Notes under the pieces: model-generated
What the model saw: only the letters and a program-made list of their open reading frames with translations
Told to the model about the DNA's origin: nothing
Databases searched by the model: none
Made by a program: the position numbers and the translations under genes
Part shown: piece by piece, positions 48,456-60,123 of the stretch
Layout: the number at the start of each line of letters is the position of its first letter
How positions within the stretch are numbered: the first letter of the stretch is position 1
NCBI GenBank assembly: GCA_038087875.1
Contig: CM075979.1
Location: 15,996,001 to 16,060,000 of the forward strand
DNA: 64,000 nucleotides
Source of the DNA: Malacoraja senta
Taxonomy: Eukaryota
Direction: 5' to 3'

Positions 48456-49617
48456 TGCTAATGTGCCTCTGCACTGAGATTTGAACCCAATATCCTCTGG
48501 CTGCGAGGCAAGAATATTTCTAATTGAGTCACAAATGATACCTGCAGATCAACCTATTTAAAGTTATTGATTTTAAAAGAGGTGTTCTCACAAATAATAG
48601 ACTTGGAGTTACATGAAAGTTAAAAATGCAGAAGTTCATTATGTTATGATCATGAAAATAAAATGTAAGGAATTCAATGTTAACAGAAATTAACTGACAG
48701 AAGGAAAACATTTATTTAAGACAATCGCTGACAGTTTTGGAGTATGTTTGTGGAAATCTTGAATCAGTTTCACAAATGAAATCTCCTATGTTGACAATGC
48801 AGTCAATTAATCCAAAGATGCAGTGTGCAGCAACATAGATAAGTCTGAAAGCAAATGGCAACAAAAATCCTTCCTGCTCACAAAGTTTTACTTATGTGTG
48901 TTTCAATTTTGCAGGAAATCAAAGCTAGGCAGTCTTCAAAGTTTCATATGAAAAAATCAGAAACAATAGAAGGATCACACACACTCAATAAATAGCACAG
49001 AATCAGTACTTACAAAATTCAAGCTAATTTCCAATGGATTTTTTTCTGAACCCAGTCTACATAAAAATGTGCACCCTAATAAAGTCAGGGTGCACATACT
49101 AACTGAAGGTTTCGACTTGGTCTAGCTATTTGAAGATTGAAGCGTATTATTAACTGATCTTCAGCCAGATAGATATCGTCAACAATTGAATGAATCAGAA
49201 ATAGATTTTTTTTTTTTAACTCTGATCTTCTTTCTAACTCTCTCCTATATCTTTCCCTCGCATTCCAAAATTTCCAAAATATTTATTTACAAAACAGCTA
49301 CTGTTTAAGAAAATCATCTGAGCAGGTCGAAATATGAGAATTTAAATATATTGTAAGATCAATTATTCTCCTTTAGTTTTATTTGTATAGTCTACCCTTC
49401 AATTCTTCCTTTCATCTCTAAAGTTCAATTTATTTCTAATCCTGAATATTCCATTCATAATTTCTTTCCTCCTATTTTAAATAATTCAACAACACAATAC
49501 GTCATACTTTTGTGTACAAATGATTTTTTTGTAACCATTTTGCATTGAGATATTGGATTAAGATGTTTGGTCTTAGAATAATTGAAGTAAAGCAAGCTGT
49601 GCAGTTTAAATGTAGTA

Positions 49618-50560
49618 ATGAGGAACTGCAGATGCTGCTCAAAAGGACACAAAGTGCTGGAATAGCTCAGCAGGTCAGACAGTATATCTGGAAATCCTAG
49701 ATAGGTGCCATTTCGGGTCGAGACCCTTCTTTGGACTGATTGGCGGGGGGGGGGAGAAGTAAAGGAGAGAGGCAGGACATTTTGTTCCAGGTATTTAATC
49801 GACATTGGTGAGGGGGGGAGATTTAAGGCTCTGTCTTACGTGTTTGCGGTCATCGGCGGTGAAGCGCGGCTTCGCCTGTAGAGTGGACCGCACAGCAATG
49901 GCGAGAGCGCCGAGCCTATGCCACGGGAGCGCCGCACGGATGCTGCGCAGGGACCGAGTAATTCATATACGGCTGGTCCCACGTGCTTGCGGTAAGTTAA
50001 AAAAAAGGGCGGGCCGACTGCGTGACTCACTAGCGGCGGCTGTGGCGGCGGCCGTCCTGATCGCGGTGCTGTAGCAGTGGCTGTGCCAGCGGCCGTGCCG
50101 CACACGTGCCTCACTGGCGGAGGCTGTGACGGTGCAAGTTCGACGCACGGCGCTCGAGCCACACTGGCGGCGGCTGTGGCGGCGGCCGTGCCACACTCGT
50201 GCATCGCTGGTGGAGGCTGTGCGGTAGGAAAATATTTTTCAACAGTGTAGGTTTTATTTTAGCACCGTGCGGTGTTGGGAACAACGCCGCACGGCCCCGG
50301 AATTGTGCGTTCTCACGAGTGCGCGGTCTATGGCGGCAGATTCTTCCCGTTTCGCCGCCAATGACCGCAGACTCGTGAGACAGGCCTTTTAATAGACAGA
50401 TGGTTGGAACAAAGGCTGGAGATAAGAAGGGAAGGTGTGTGGCATGTTTGAAGAATTGTGGATTGTATAGCCAGAAGGAAGAAAGTGGAAGAGGGGTGTA
50501 GGGGGAGTGTGTGGAGGAGAGAAAGAGGTGAGAATCTAGGTGGGGCACAGGAGAGGGAAG
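49618..50560 (-). mobile_element. Penelope 3' UTR fragment interrupted by a Harbinger MITE
   Basis: TTTCGGGTCGAGACCCTTCT hammerhead remnant at ~49711-49733 followed by a purine-rich UTR; another short copy at ~50565-50650. Confidence 0.65.
49826..50388. mobile_element. PIF/Harbinger-type MITE
   Basis: Imperfect ~38-bp TIRs AGGCTCTGTC...GACAGGCCTT; TTA TSD at 49823-49825 and 50389-50391. Confidence 0.85.
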
Positions 50561-51156
50561 GAGGTAGATGCTGGTTTACCAAAGAAAGACACAAAATGAG
50601 GGACTAACTCAGCGGGTCAGGCAGAATCTCAGTATGGTTAGGTGACGTTAGGTGGGATTAGTCTAGATGTGACATGTTGGCCGGTTTGGGAAAGTTGGGC
50701 CAAAGGACCTGTTTCCACGCTGTAAGTCTATGACTTTAAACATTTCATAATTTCTCACCATTTAAAAAATATACAGTCCTTTCCTTTATTTCTTCAGAAA
50801 ACTTCAAATTTTGCACATTGTAATCAACCTGCCCTGTTGTTGCCCAATCACTTCAACTTGTCCAGATCGTCTTAAAGCCTCTTTGCGCCCTTTTGATTGC
50901 AGCTGCCTTTACCAAAGACCACGACTGTTATCTAATTCAATAATTGTCTTAATGCCTGTTTCAACACACCCTCACTGAATTGGTCAGCAATTAGCAGTCC
51001 AATTTTTCTGTCTCAAGAGACGAGGGTTGAGAAGGGAAAATAGATCAAGAATCTTCAGCACTTCTGGTGTAGCCATCAAAGGAAAAACATTTGAAACAAA
51101 AATATCAACTGCTGCCACTGCTGTTGAAACAAAAGATTTATTCTCTCCACTAACTT

Positions 51157-51430
51157 ATAGAAACATAGAACATAGAAAAAATAGGTGCAGGAGTAGGCCA
51201 TTCGGCTCTTCGATCCAGCATCGCCATTCAATATGATACTGCTCCTGCTCTTTCCCCGTATCCCTTGATTCCGTTAGCAGCATTAAGAGCTAAATCTAAC
51301 TCTCTTGAAAACATCCAGTGAATTGGTCTCCACTGCCTTCTGTAGCAGAGAATTCCACAGATTCACAACTCTCTGGGTTATAAAGTTTTCCCTCATCTCA
51401 GTCCTAAATGGCCTACTCCTTATTCTTTCA
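51157..51430 (-). mobile_element. CR1 3' fragment (resumes at 56347-56486)
   Basis: (ATAGAAAC)n tail; MRENFITQRVVNLWNSL. Confidence 0.85.
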
Positions 51431-51431
51431 T

Positions 51432-51677
51432 GACTACAAAAAGTTGTGACCACTGCCCAGTCCATCACCGGCTTTAACCTCCCCACCGTCGAAGGGATCT
51501 ATCGTAGTCGCTGCCTCAAAAAGGCAGCCAAAATCATCAAGGACCCACACCATCCTGGCCACACACTCATCTCACCATTGCCATCAGGAAGAAGGTACAG
51601 GAGCCTGAAAACTGTAATGTCCAGGTTCAGGAACAGCTTCTTCCCTACAGCCATCAGGCTATTAAACACAACAACAA
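51432..51677 (+). mobile_element. Rex1/Babar-type LINE 3' part (resumes at 56173-56346)
   Basis: Near-identical to 8221-8450. Confidence 0.88.
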
Positions 51678-51678
51678 C

Positions 51679-52019
51679 GAGGCCCAGCGACCGTTGCAGG
51701 AGAAGGAGCGGCATCCGGGTAGTGAGTAGATAAACAGCGCGGGGCTTTGCTTTCCAGAGGCCCAGGGACCGTTGCAGGAGGAGGAGCGGCATCCGGGTAG
51801 TGAGTAGATAAACAGCGCGGGGCTTTGCTTTCCAGAGGCCCAGGGACCGTTGCAGGAGGAGGAGCGGCATCCGGGTAGTGAGTAGTTAAACAGCATGGGG
51901 CTTTGCTTTCCAGAGGCCCAGGGACCGCTGCAGGAGGAGGAGCGGCGTCCAGGTAGTGAGTAGATAAACAGCGCGGGGCTTTGCTTTCCAGACGCCCAGG
52001 GACCGTTGCAGGAGGAGGA
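51679..52019 (+). repeat. 78-bp tandem array (~4.4 copies) forming the CR1 5' UTR
   Basis: Units start at 51679, 51757, 51835, 51913 and 51991. Confidence 0.95.
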
Positions 52020-53298
52020 ACCCAAAACTGCAACGTTCCATTCACGTTTCATATAAGTGAGGAAGCCGCTGATTGGTGGAAGAGGACTAAGAGGAAGCAG
52101 CTGATTGGGAGTCAGATCCCTGCTGATTTCCTCCACCAGTTTGTATTGTATCCAGGGTAAGGCTTTGTATTGTATCCAGGGTAAGGGGGAGAATGAGGGC
52201 CAGGGCAGTTTACTGTTCTGGATGTCAGATGTGTGAGGTCATGGTGTCTGATACCCCTCCAGATGTCCACATCTGTGCCAGGTGTGTCGAGATGGGGTTC
52301 CAAAGGGACCATGTTAGGAACCTGGAGCTCGATGACCTCTGTCTGATCAGGGAGAGTGAGGAGGTCATAGAAAGGAGTTATAGGGAGGTGGCCACTCCAA
52401 GACCACGGGAGGCAGACAAATGGGTCACGGTTAGGAAGGGCAATGGGCAGAGGCAGGGACTAGTGAGTACCCCGGTGGCTGTACACCTTGAAAATAAGTA
52501 CTCCTGTTTGAGTACTGTTGGGGGGGACAGCCTTCCTGGGGTTAGCGACAGCGGCTGGGCCTCCAGCAGAGAGACCGGCCCTATTGCTCAGAGGGTAGGG
52601 AAAAGAAGAGGAGGGCAATAGTAATAGGGGACTCTATAGTTAGGGGGTCGAATAGGCGATTCTGTGGACGCAGTCAGGAGACCCGGATGGTAGTTTGCCT
52701 CCCTGGTGCCAGGGTCAGGGATGTGTCTGAACGCGTCCAAGATATCCTGAAATCGGAGGGAGAGGAGCCTGAGGTTGTGGTACATATAGGTACCAATGAC
52801 ATAGGCAGAAAAAGAGAAGAGGCCCTGAAAGGAGAATTTAGGGAGTTGGGAGGAGAGTAAAGGAGAAGGACCGCAAATGTAACAATCTCAGGATCACTAC
52901 CTGTGCCACGCGACAGTGAGAGTAGGAATGGAATGAGGTGGAGGATTAATGCGTGGCTGAGGAACTGGTGCAGCGGGCAGGGATTCAAATTTCTGGATCA
53001 TTGGGACCTCTTTTGGGGAAGGTGTGACCTGTACAGAAAGGACGGGTTGCACTTGAACCCGAGGGGGACAATATCCTGGCGGGGAGATTTGCAAAGGCTA
53101 CTGGGGAGACTTTAAACTAGAACGGTTGGGGGGAAGGACTCAAATAGAGAAAGCTAGTAGAAAATGTAGGAGGCAGAGAAGGGAAGCACTCGGACCCAAA
53201 ATGTAGAGGAGAAAGAACAAAAAGATAATAAACAGAGAATAAGTGGTGGTGGGTTTCTTAAATGTGTATATTTTAATGCTAGGAGCATTGTAAGAAAG

Positions 53299-56053
53299 GT
53301 GGATGAGCTTAGAGCCTGGATTGACACCTGGAAGTATGATGTTGTGGCGATCAGTGAAACATGGTTGCAGGAGGGCTGTGATTGGAAAATAAATATTCCA
53401 GGATTTCGTTGTTTCAGGGGTGATAGAATTGGAGGGGCAAGAGGTGGGGGTGTTGCATTGGTTGTCAAGGAAGATATTACAGCAGTGCTTTGGCAGGATA
53501 GATTAGAGGGCTCCTCAAGGGAGGCTATTTGGGTGGAACTGAGAAATGGAAAAGGTGTAGCAACACTTATAGGGGTGTATTATAGACCGTCAAATGGGGA
53601 GCGAGAATTGGAAGAGCAAATATGTAAGGAGATAGCAGATATTAGTAGTAAGCACAAGGTAGTGATTGTGGGAGATTTCAATTTTCCACACATAGACTGG
53701 GAAACACATTCTGTAAAAGGGCTGGATGGTTTGGAGTTTGTAAAATGTGTGCAGGATAGTTTTTTGCAGCAATACATAGAGGTACCTACTAGAGAAGGGG
53801 CAGTGCTGGACCTCCTGTTAGGAAATGAGACAGGGCAGGTGGCGGAGGTATGCGTTGGGGAGCACTTCGGGTCCAGTGATCACAATACCATTAGTTTCAA
53901 TATAATTATGGAGAGGGTCAGAACTGGACCTAGGGTTGAGATTTTTGATTGGAGAAAGGCTAACTTTGAGGAGATGCGAAAGGATTTAAAAGGAGTGAAT
54001 TGGGACATGTTGTTTTATGGGAAGGATGTAGAAGAGAAATGGAGGACATTTAAACGTGACATTTTAAGAGTACAGAATCTTTATGTCCCTGTTCGGTTGA
54101 AAGGAAATAGTAAAAATTGGAAAGAGACATGGTTTTCAAGGGAAAGTAGACACTTGGTTCGGAAAAAGAGAGATCTACAATAATTATAGGCAGCATGGAG
54201 GTGCTTGAGGAGTATAAAGAATGCAAAAAGAATATTAAGAAAGAAATTAGAAAAGCTAAAAGAAGATATGAGGTTGCTTTGGCAAGTAAGATGAAAGTAA
54301 ATCCAAAGGGTTTCTACAGCTATATTAATAGCAAAAGGATAACAAGGAATAAAATTGGTCCATTAGAGAGTCAGAGTGGACAGCTATCTGCAGAGCCAAA
54401 AGAGATGGGGGAGATATTGAACAAATTCTTTTCTTCGGTATTCACCAAGGAGAAGGATATGGAATTATGTGAGGTAAGGGAAACAAGCAGAGTAGCAATG
54501 GAAACTATGAGATTCAAAGAAGAGGAGGTGCAGACACTTTTGAAAAATATGAAAACGGATAAGTCTCCAGGTCCTGACAGGATATTCCCTAGGACATTGA
54601 GGGAAGTTAGTGTAGAAATAGCAGGGGCTATGACAGAAATATTTCAAATGTCATTAGAAACGGGAATAGTGCCGGAAGATTGGCGTACTGCGCATGTTGT
54701 TCCGTTGTTTAATAAGGGTTCTAAGAGTAAACCTAGCAATTATAGACCTGTTAGTTTGACGTCAGTGGTGGGCAAATTAATGGAAAGGCTACTTAGAGAT
54801 AATGTATATAAGCATCTGTATAAGCAGGGTCTGATTAGGAACAGTCAACATGGATTTGTGCCTGGAAGGTCATGTTTGACTAATCTTCTTGAATTTTTCG
54901 AAGAGGTTACTAGGGAAATTGATGAGGGTAATGCAGTGGATGTTGTCTATATGGACTTCAGTAAGGCCTTTGACAAGGTTCCTCATGGAAAGTTGATTAA
55001 GAAGATTCAATTGTTGGGATTTAATGGTGGAGTAGCAAGATGGATTCAACAGTGGCTGAATGGGAGATGCCAGAGAGTAATGGTGGATGGCTGTTTGTCA
55101 GGTTGGAGGCCGGTGACTAGTGGGGTGCCTCAGGGGTCTGTGTTGGGTCCACTGTTGTTTGTCATGTACATCAATGATCTGGATGATGGTGTGGAACATT
55201 GGATTAGTAAGTATGCAGATGATACTAAGATAGGTGGTGTTGTGGATAATGAAGTAGATTTTCAAAGTCTACAGAGAGATTTAGGCCATTTGGAAGAGTG
55301 GGCTGAAAGATGGCAGATGGAGTTTAATGCTGATAAATGTGAGGTGCTACATCTCGGCAGGACAAATCAAAATAGGACGTACATGGTAAATGGTAGTGAA
55401 TTGAGGAATGCAGTTGAACAGAGGGATCTAGGAATAAATTTGCAGTGTTCCCTGAAGGTGGAATCTTATGTAGATAGGGTGGTAAAGAAAGCTTTTGGTG
55501 TGCTGGCCTTTATAAATCAGAGCATTGAATATAGAAGTTGGGATGTAATGTTAAAATTGTACAAGGCATTGGTGAGGCCAATTCTGGAGTATGGAGTACA
55601 ATTTTGTCGCCTAATTATAGGAAAGATGTCAACAAAATAGAGAGAGTACAGAGGAGATTTACTAGAATGTTGCCTGGGTTTCAGCAACTAAGTTACAGAG
55701 AAAGGTTCAACAAGTTAGGTCTTTTTTCTTTGGAGCGCAGAAGGTTAAGGGGGGACTTGATAGAGGTCTTTAAAATGATGAACGGGTTAGACAGAGTTGA
55801 CGTGGATAAGCTTTTCCCATTGAGAGTAGGGAAGATTCAAACAAGGGGACTTGACTTGAGAATTAAGGGACAGAAGTTTAGGGGTAACATTAGGGGGAAC
55901 TTCTTTACTCAGAGAGTGGTAGCTGTGTGGAATGAGCTTCCAGTGGAAGTGGTGGAGGCAGGTTTGATTTTATCCTTTAAAAATAGATTGGATGGGTATA
56001 TGGACGGGAAAGGAATGGAGGGTTATGGTCTGAGTGCAGGTAGATGGGACTAG
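53299..56053 (+). pseudogene. CR1 ORF2 (APE-RT), disrupted at ~54183 and ~55600
   Basis: ORF-track pieces 53299-54183, 54195-55640 and 55538-56053. Confidence 0.9.
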
Positions 56054-56769
56054 GGGGAAGTAAGAAGAAAGAAGGGGAAAAAAAAAAAGAGAAAAACAAA
56101 AGTGTTCGCCACGGACTTGAAGGGCCGAGGGGCTGTTTCTGTGCTGTAATGGTTATATGGTTATTATATGGTTATAAGCTCTGAGCTCTGAACTGCAAAA
56201 GACTATTATTATTACTTTTTTTTCTCTTCCCCCGTTATGTACTATGTTTACAAATGTACAAATTCACATATTCTGTTGTGCTGCAGCAAATGAGAATTTC
56301 ATTGTCCCATCTGGGACATATGACAATAAAACACTCTTGACACTTGGCCCCTGGTTCCAGACTCCCCCAACATCGGGAACATTTTTCCTGCATCTAGCTT
56401 GTCCAATCCCTTAAGAATTTTATATTTTTATAAGAAACCCTCTCATCCTTCTAAATTCCAGTGAATACAAGCCCAGTCGACCCATTAATAATTGCATTAA
56501 TAACTCATTACATTGATAGTTTTAAAAGGCAGTCTGATATTTAAGTTTTTATAGGTGAGCTCTTTCTGGAGACAGAAAATATGCCCTCAAATTGCCTAGA
56601 TTTTGCATCGGCTCAGACTTCTCAAAAGAGCGCGCTAGTTTTAAATCCTCCTTTCCAAGGATCAGGATTGATGTTGGTCATGGATCTGGTTGCATCTCTC
56701 AGATTGAGCTCACAGCATCCAGATTGAGCTCACAACATCTGCTCCCACTTCCCCCCCCCCCCCCCCCCC

Positions 56770-57057
56770 ATATAGTTTCGCACCATGGGTCCGATACCCT
56801 ATAAAAGAGGGGACACCAACCACATGGATCGATCTTCTGGCAATGCACTCAGGACTGTGTGACTTGCTGGAGGTGTCTCCTCGCATGAGGCTCAAGGGCT
56901 TGGATGAGTAGAGACAAGGATCGGACCCACGGTTGGTTAGGTATCATATAGGAAGTTTGTTTGTGTTAGTGAGAAAAAAAAAAAGAGTTCATCCAGTGCT
57001 TGACTCGGTGTTTTACTGAACTAGACTACGGGGGTAAACTGTAGAGAGCATAATTAC
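56770..57057 (+). mobile_element. Possible solo-LTR remnant
   Basis: TATAAAAG at 56800, A-run at the expected poly(A)-signal position, ends ...ATTACA; no TSD found. Confidence 0.35.
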
Positions 57058-57059
57058 AC

Positions 57060-57547
57060 AAGCATTATCCTACACACCAGGACAATGAACAAAATTAACA
57101 ATTTTAACAAAGCCAATTAGCCTACAAACCTGTACGTCTTTGGAGTGGTGGAGGAAACCGGAGCACCTGGAGAAAACCCATGTGGTCACAGGGAGAATAT
57201 ACAATCTCCATACAGATTATACCCATAGTCGGATTCAAACGTGGTCGCTGGCACTGTAAGGCAGCAACTCTACCACTGCACCACCAGTTCTATGTATTTC
57301 CTCTTTCGCATCCACTCCCTACACACTAGGGGCAAATTACAGATGCCAATTAACCAACAAACCTGCACATCTATGTGATGTGGGAGGAAACTGGAGCTTC
57401 CAGAGGAAGCCCATACAGTCACAGGGAGAACGTGCAAATCAAAGATCCTATAGCAGCAAATTGCACACAGACAGCAGCCGAGATTGGAATCAAATCCGGA
57501 TCTCTGTCACCGTGAGGAGGTAGCTCTACCAGCTGTGCCACTGTGAC
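57060..57547 (-). mobile_element. Two V-SINE copies (57060-57285 and 57315-57547)
   Basis: V-domain and tRNA head on the minus strand. Confidence 0.8.
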
Positions 57548-58274
57548 ATGCTTCCACCCTATCATCGATTCTATTCTCCCATTCATGTGTGTTTAAAACA
57601 TGTTAAATGCTCCAGTTCTGATGAAAGGTCACCAGTTAGCAAGTGATAAATCTTTCTCTTCAGTAATACCGTGTGGCCTTCTCCACTTTTAATGGTGAGT
57701 AAATAAGGCTGTTCAGTTGAATAAAAATTAGTTAAAGAGTTTAAATACACAGAATATGAACCTCCTGATGTTATTACCCTGAGATTAAAGCATTTGTGGA
57801 AATATCAATGGAAAAGGTAACGATGTTAAAAGAGGCCTTGAGAATTGCATTTTATGCATCACTACAAACTCTCTAGAGTAAGATAATTATAACGTGCTGT
57901 ACCACTTTCCTGGATCCCAGGAATGATCTAGTGGAATGCTTTTAATTATTTTCTCAGGATAATAGCAGTGCTAGCTTGCAAGCTTGTGTTAATTGAGAAT
58001 CCCTAGTTAGAACTCCTCAAGAACATACCTGGGTTACAACCCCAGCTCCAGGTCTGGTGCCTCCACACTAACGGCTCCAAGACCACATAGTCCTTCTGCT
58101 TACTCTTCCAACAGAGAATGTCTAATATGGTACCTCTGGGTCCTGCTGCCCTTCCCCTTCGTCTAACCATGCTACCTCTCCTACACCCCATTCTCACAGC
58201 CCCCCTCCTCTACAAACCCCTATCATCCCCCCCAGAGTAACTTGCCCAAACCTTTCTCCACCCCTCATACATGT

Positions 58275-59130
58275 GGGGTGGGCGGCGCGACTCATGTCGC
58301 TGCGGCCTCTGCAGTCCTTCTGTCTTTTTTTGTTGTTGTTTCGTTTGAGTTTTGTTTATAGTTCTTTTTTAACTGGGTATGTGTGGGGGGCGGGGGGTGG
58401 GGGAAACTTTTAAAATCTTTTCCCTGCACGGGAGACCATACCTTTCTCAGTCGGGTCTCCGTTGTCGTTGGGGCCTAGCACCGTGGAGCGGCCTCCAACC
58501 AGAACGACCTGGGGCTCCAGTCGCGGAGCTGGCGGACTTACTAACCATCGGGGAGCTGGCCGAGTTCGGAACGGCAGGAGCTGTGGTGGCGCGCTGCTGC
58601 GGCCCGACCCCGGAGATTCGGAGACTCCAGCCGCCGGCCCGGTGGACGGTGACATCGGGAGCTCGCGGGTCCCTGGTGGGAGAGCGCGTTTTGGGGCTCC
58701 CGCAACGGCGACTTCTCCCGCCCGAGTTGCGGGTTTGAAGATGACCTGGAGCGGGGTCTTACATCGCCCGGCGCGGCTTTAAATGGCCGCTGGACTTGCT
58801 AGCGCCCGCCGGGGGCTCCAACATCAAGACCCGGAGCGCGGCCTTGCATCGCCCGGCGCGGCTTTAATGGCCGCGGGATATATTTACCATCGCCCGCCAG
58901 GGGCTTTGACTTTGACATCGGGAGGAGAATGTGGAGTGCAGGGGAGAGATAAGACTTTGCCTTCCATCACAGTGAGGAGGAAATTCACTGTGAGGGATGT
59001 TTGTGTAAATTGTGTTGTGTCTTGGTTCTTTTTACTTGTTTGTATGACTGCAGAAACCAAATTTCATTTGAACTTCATTTGAGGTTCAAATGACAATAAA
59101 CGGTATTGTATTGTATTGTATTGTATTGTA
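58275..59130 (+). mobile_element. Non-coding bipartite retroelement with a TGACAATAAA tail
   Basis: Start GGGGTGGGCGGCGCG...CTGCAGTCC, T-rich tract, GC-rich body, tail TGACAATAAACG(GTATT)n. Confidence 0.78.
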
Positions 59131-59325
59131 TGTTTTCATCATAACCCCTGACATCCATATTTCCAATGCAGAAGAGTCAGTCCTCAACAGAGGCTTTACC
59201 TTTGTACCCCTACTCCCTTACCACAATTAAATCCAGGCCCGCCATGATGTAGAGCCCTTCTTCCATTGTCTCCGCCTCCGGGCTTTTTTCTATGATAAAG
59301 ATTCCTCAACATCCAATGAAAACTC
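59131..59325 (+). mobile_element. Old Penelope N-terminal domain remnant
   Basis: VFII.PD..SNAEESVLNRGFTFVPL...ARHDVEPFF..LRLRAFF resembles the PLE N-terminal LSKGLxFxP block; probably continues upstream of 58275. Confidence 0.55.
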
Positions 59326-59326
59326 C

Positions 59327-59745
59327 CTAAATCCTAGACTCTCTCACCAGTGGAAAAATCCTCTCCGCATTCACTCTATCCAGGCCTTTCACAGTTCGGT
59401 AAGTTTCAATAGGATCCCCCCTCATCCTTCTAAACGTCAGCGAGTACAGGTCCAGTGCTGTCAAATGCTCATCATATGTTAACCCGATCATTCCTGGGAT
59501 AATTCTCGTAAACCTCCTCTGTACCTTCTCCAAAGCCAGAATATCCTTCCTCAGATCTGGGGCCCAAAACTGCTCACAATACTCCAAATGTGGTCTGACC
59601 AGTGCCTTATAAAGCCGCAGCATTACATTCATGTTTTTGCATTCTAGTCCTCTCAAAATAAATGTAAGCATTGCGTTTTCCTTCCAAACTACCGATTCCA
59701 CTTGCAAATTAACGCTTTGGAAATCCTGCATCAGCACTTTAACCA
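59327..59745 (-). mobile_element. CR1 RT C-terminal fragment
   Basis: LYKALVRPHLEYCEQFWAP...LEKVQRRFTR. Confidence 0.88.
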
Positions 59746-60123
59746 CCGTTAAAAGGTTATATGTTATCTTTAAACGTTAACATCAGTTTTCCCACAAGAG
59801 GAAACGTCCTCTCACCATCCATCTCTGTGAAGCTCTTGTTGTTTAATCTCGTGTCCTCTCACTCTTCCACGCTCCAGTAGATGCAAACCTTGCCTGTCTA
59901 ACTTTTGTTCTTTGGCAAACCTGCCCATTCGAGGCATAAATCACGTAAATCTTTTCTAAACTGCTTCTTATTCCGCCCTTTGAGATTATCTAATTGCAAG
60001 AAAAAAAGCATATTAGGCTGCAAATTCTTTCGTATTCGTGAGCAGAAGCCAAAAGATTTGTTCAGGTATCCCGAATTTGTGCTTGGCATTATTTTTTTGT
60101 CGGTGTATTGCTATCTGATATAA

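Larger units (their letters stand above)
51678..56172 (+). mobile_element. Near-full-length CR1 LINE with a zinc-finger/SGNH-esterase ORF1
   Basis: ORF1 CSGC...CARC followed by IGDS, LPGA, HIGTND, DGLHL; ORF2 APE (NARS, ISETW, GDFN, SDH) and RT (GVPQGSVLGP, YADD); a few stops and frameshifts; (GGTTATAT)n tail. Confidence 0.93.

Noticed and set aside
48915-48995. Acceptor TTTTGCAG followed by a short frame (EIKARQSS...)
   Set aside because: No donor or recognisable peptide; not enough support for an exon
58275-58320. Second HDV-like ribozyme (starts GGGGTGGG)
   Set aside because: No P1'/P2 partners or C-GAA junction could be placed
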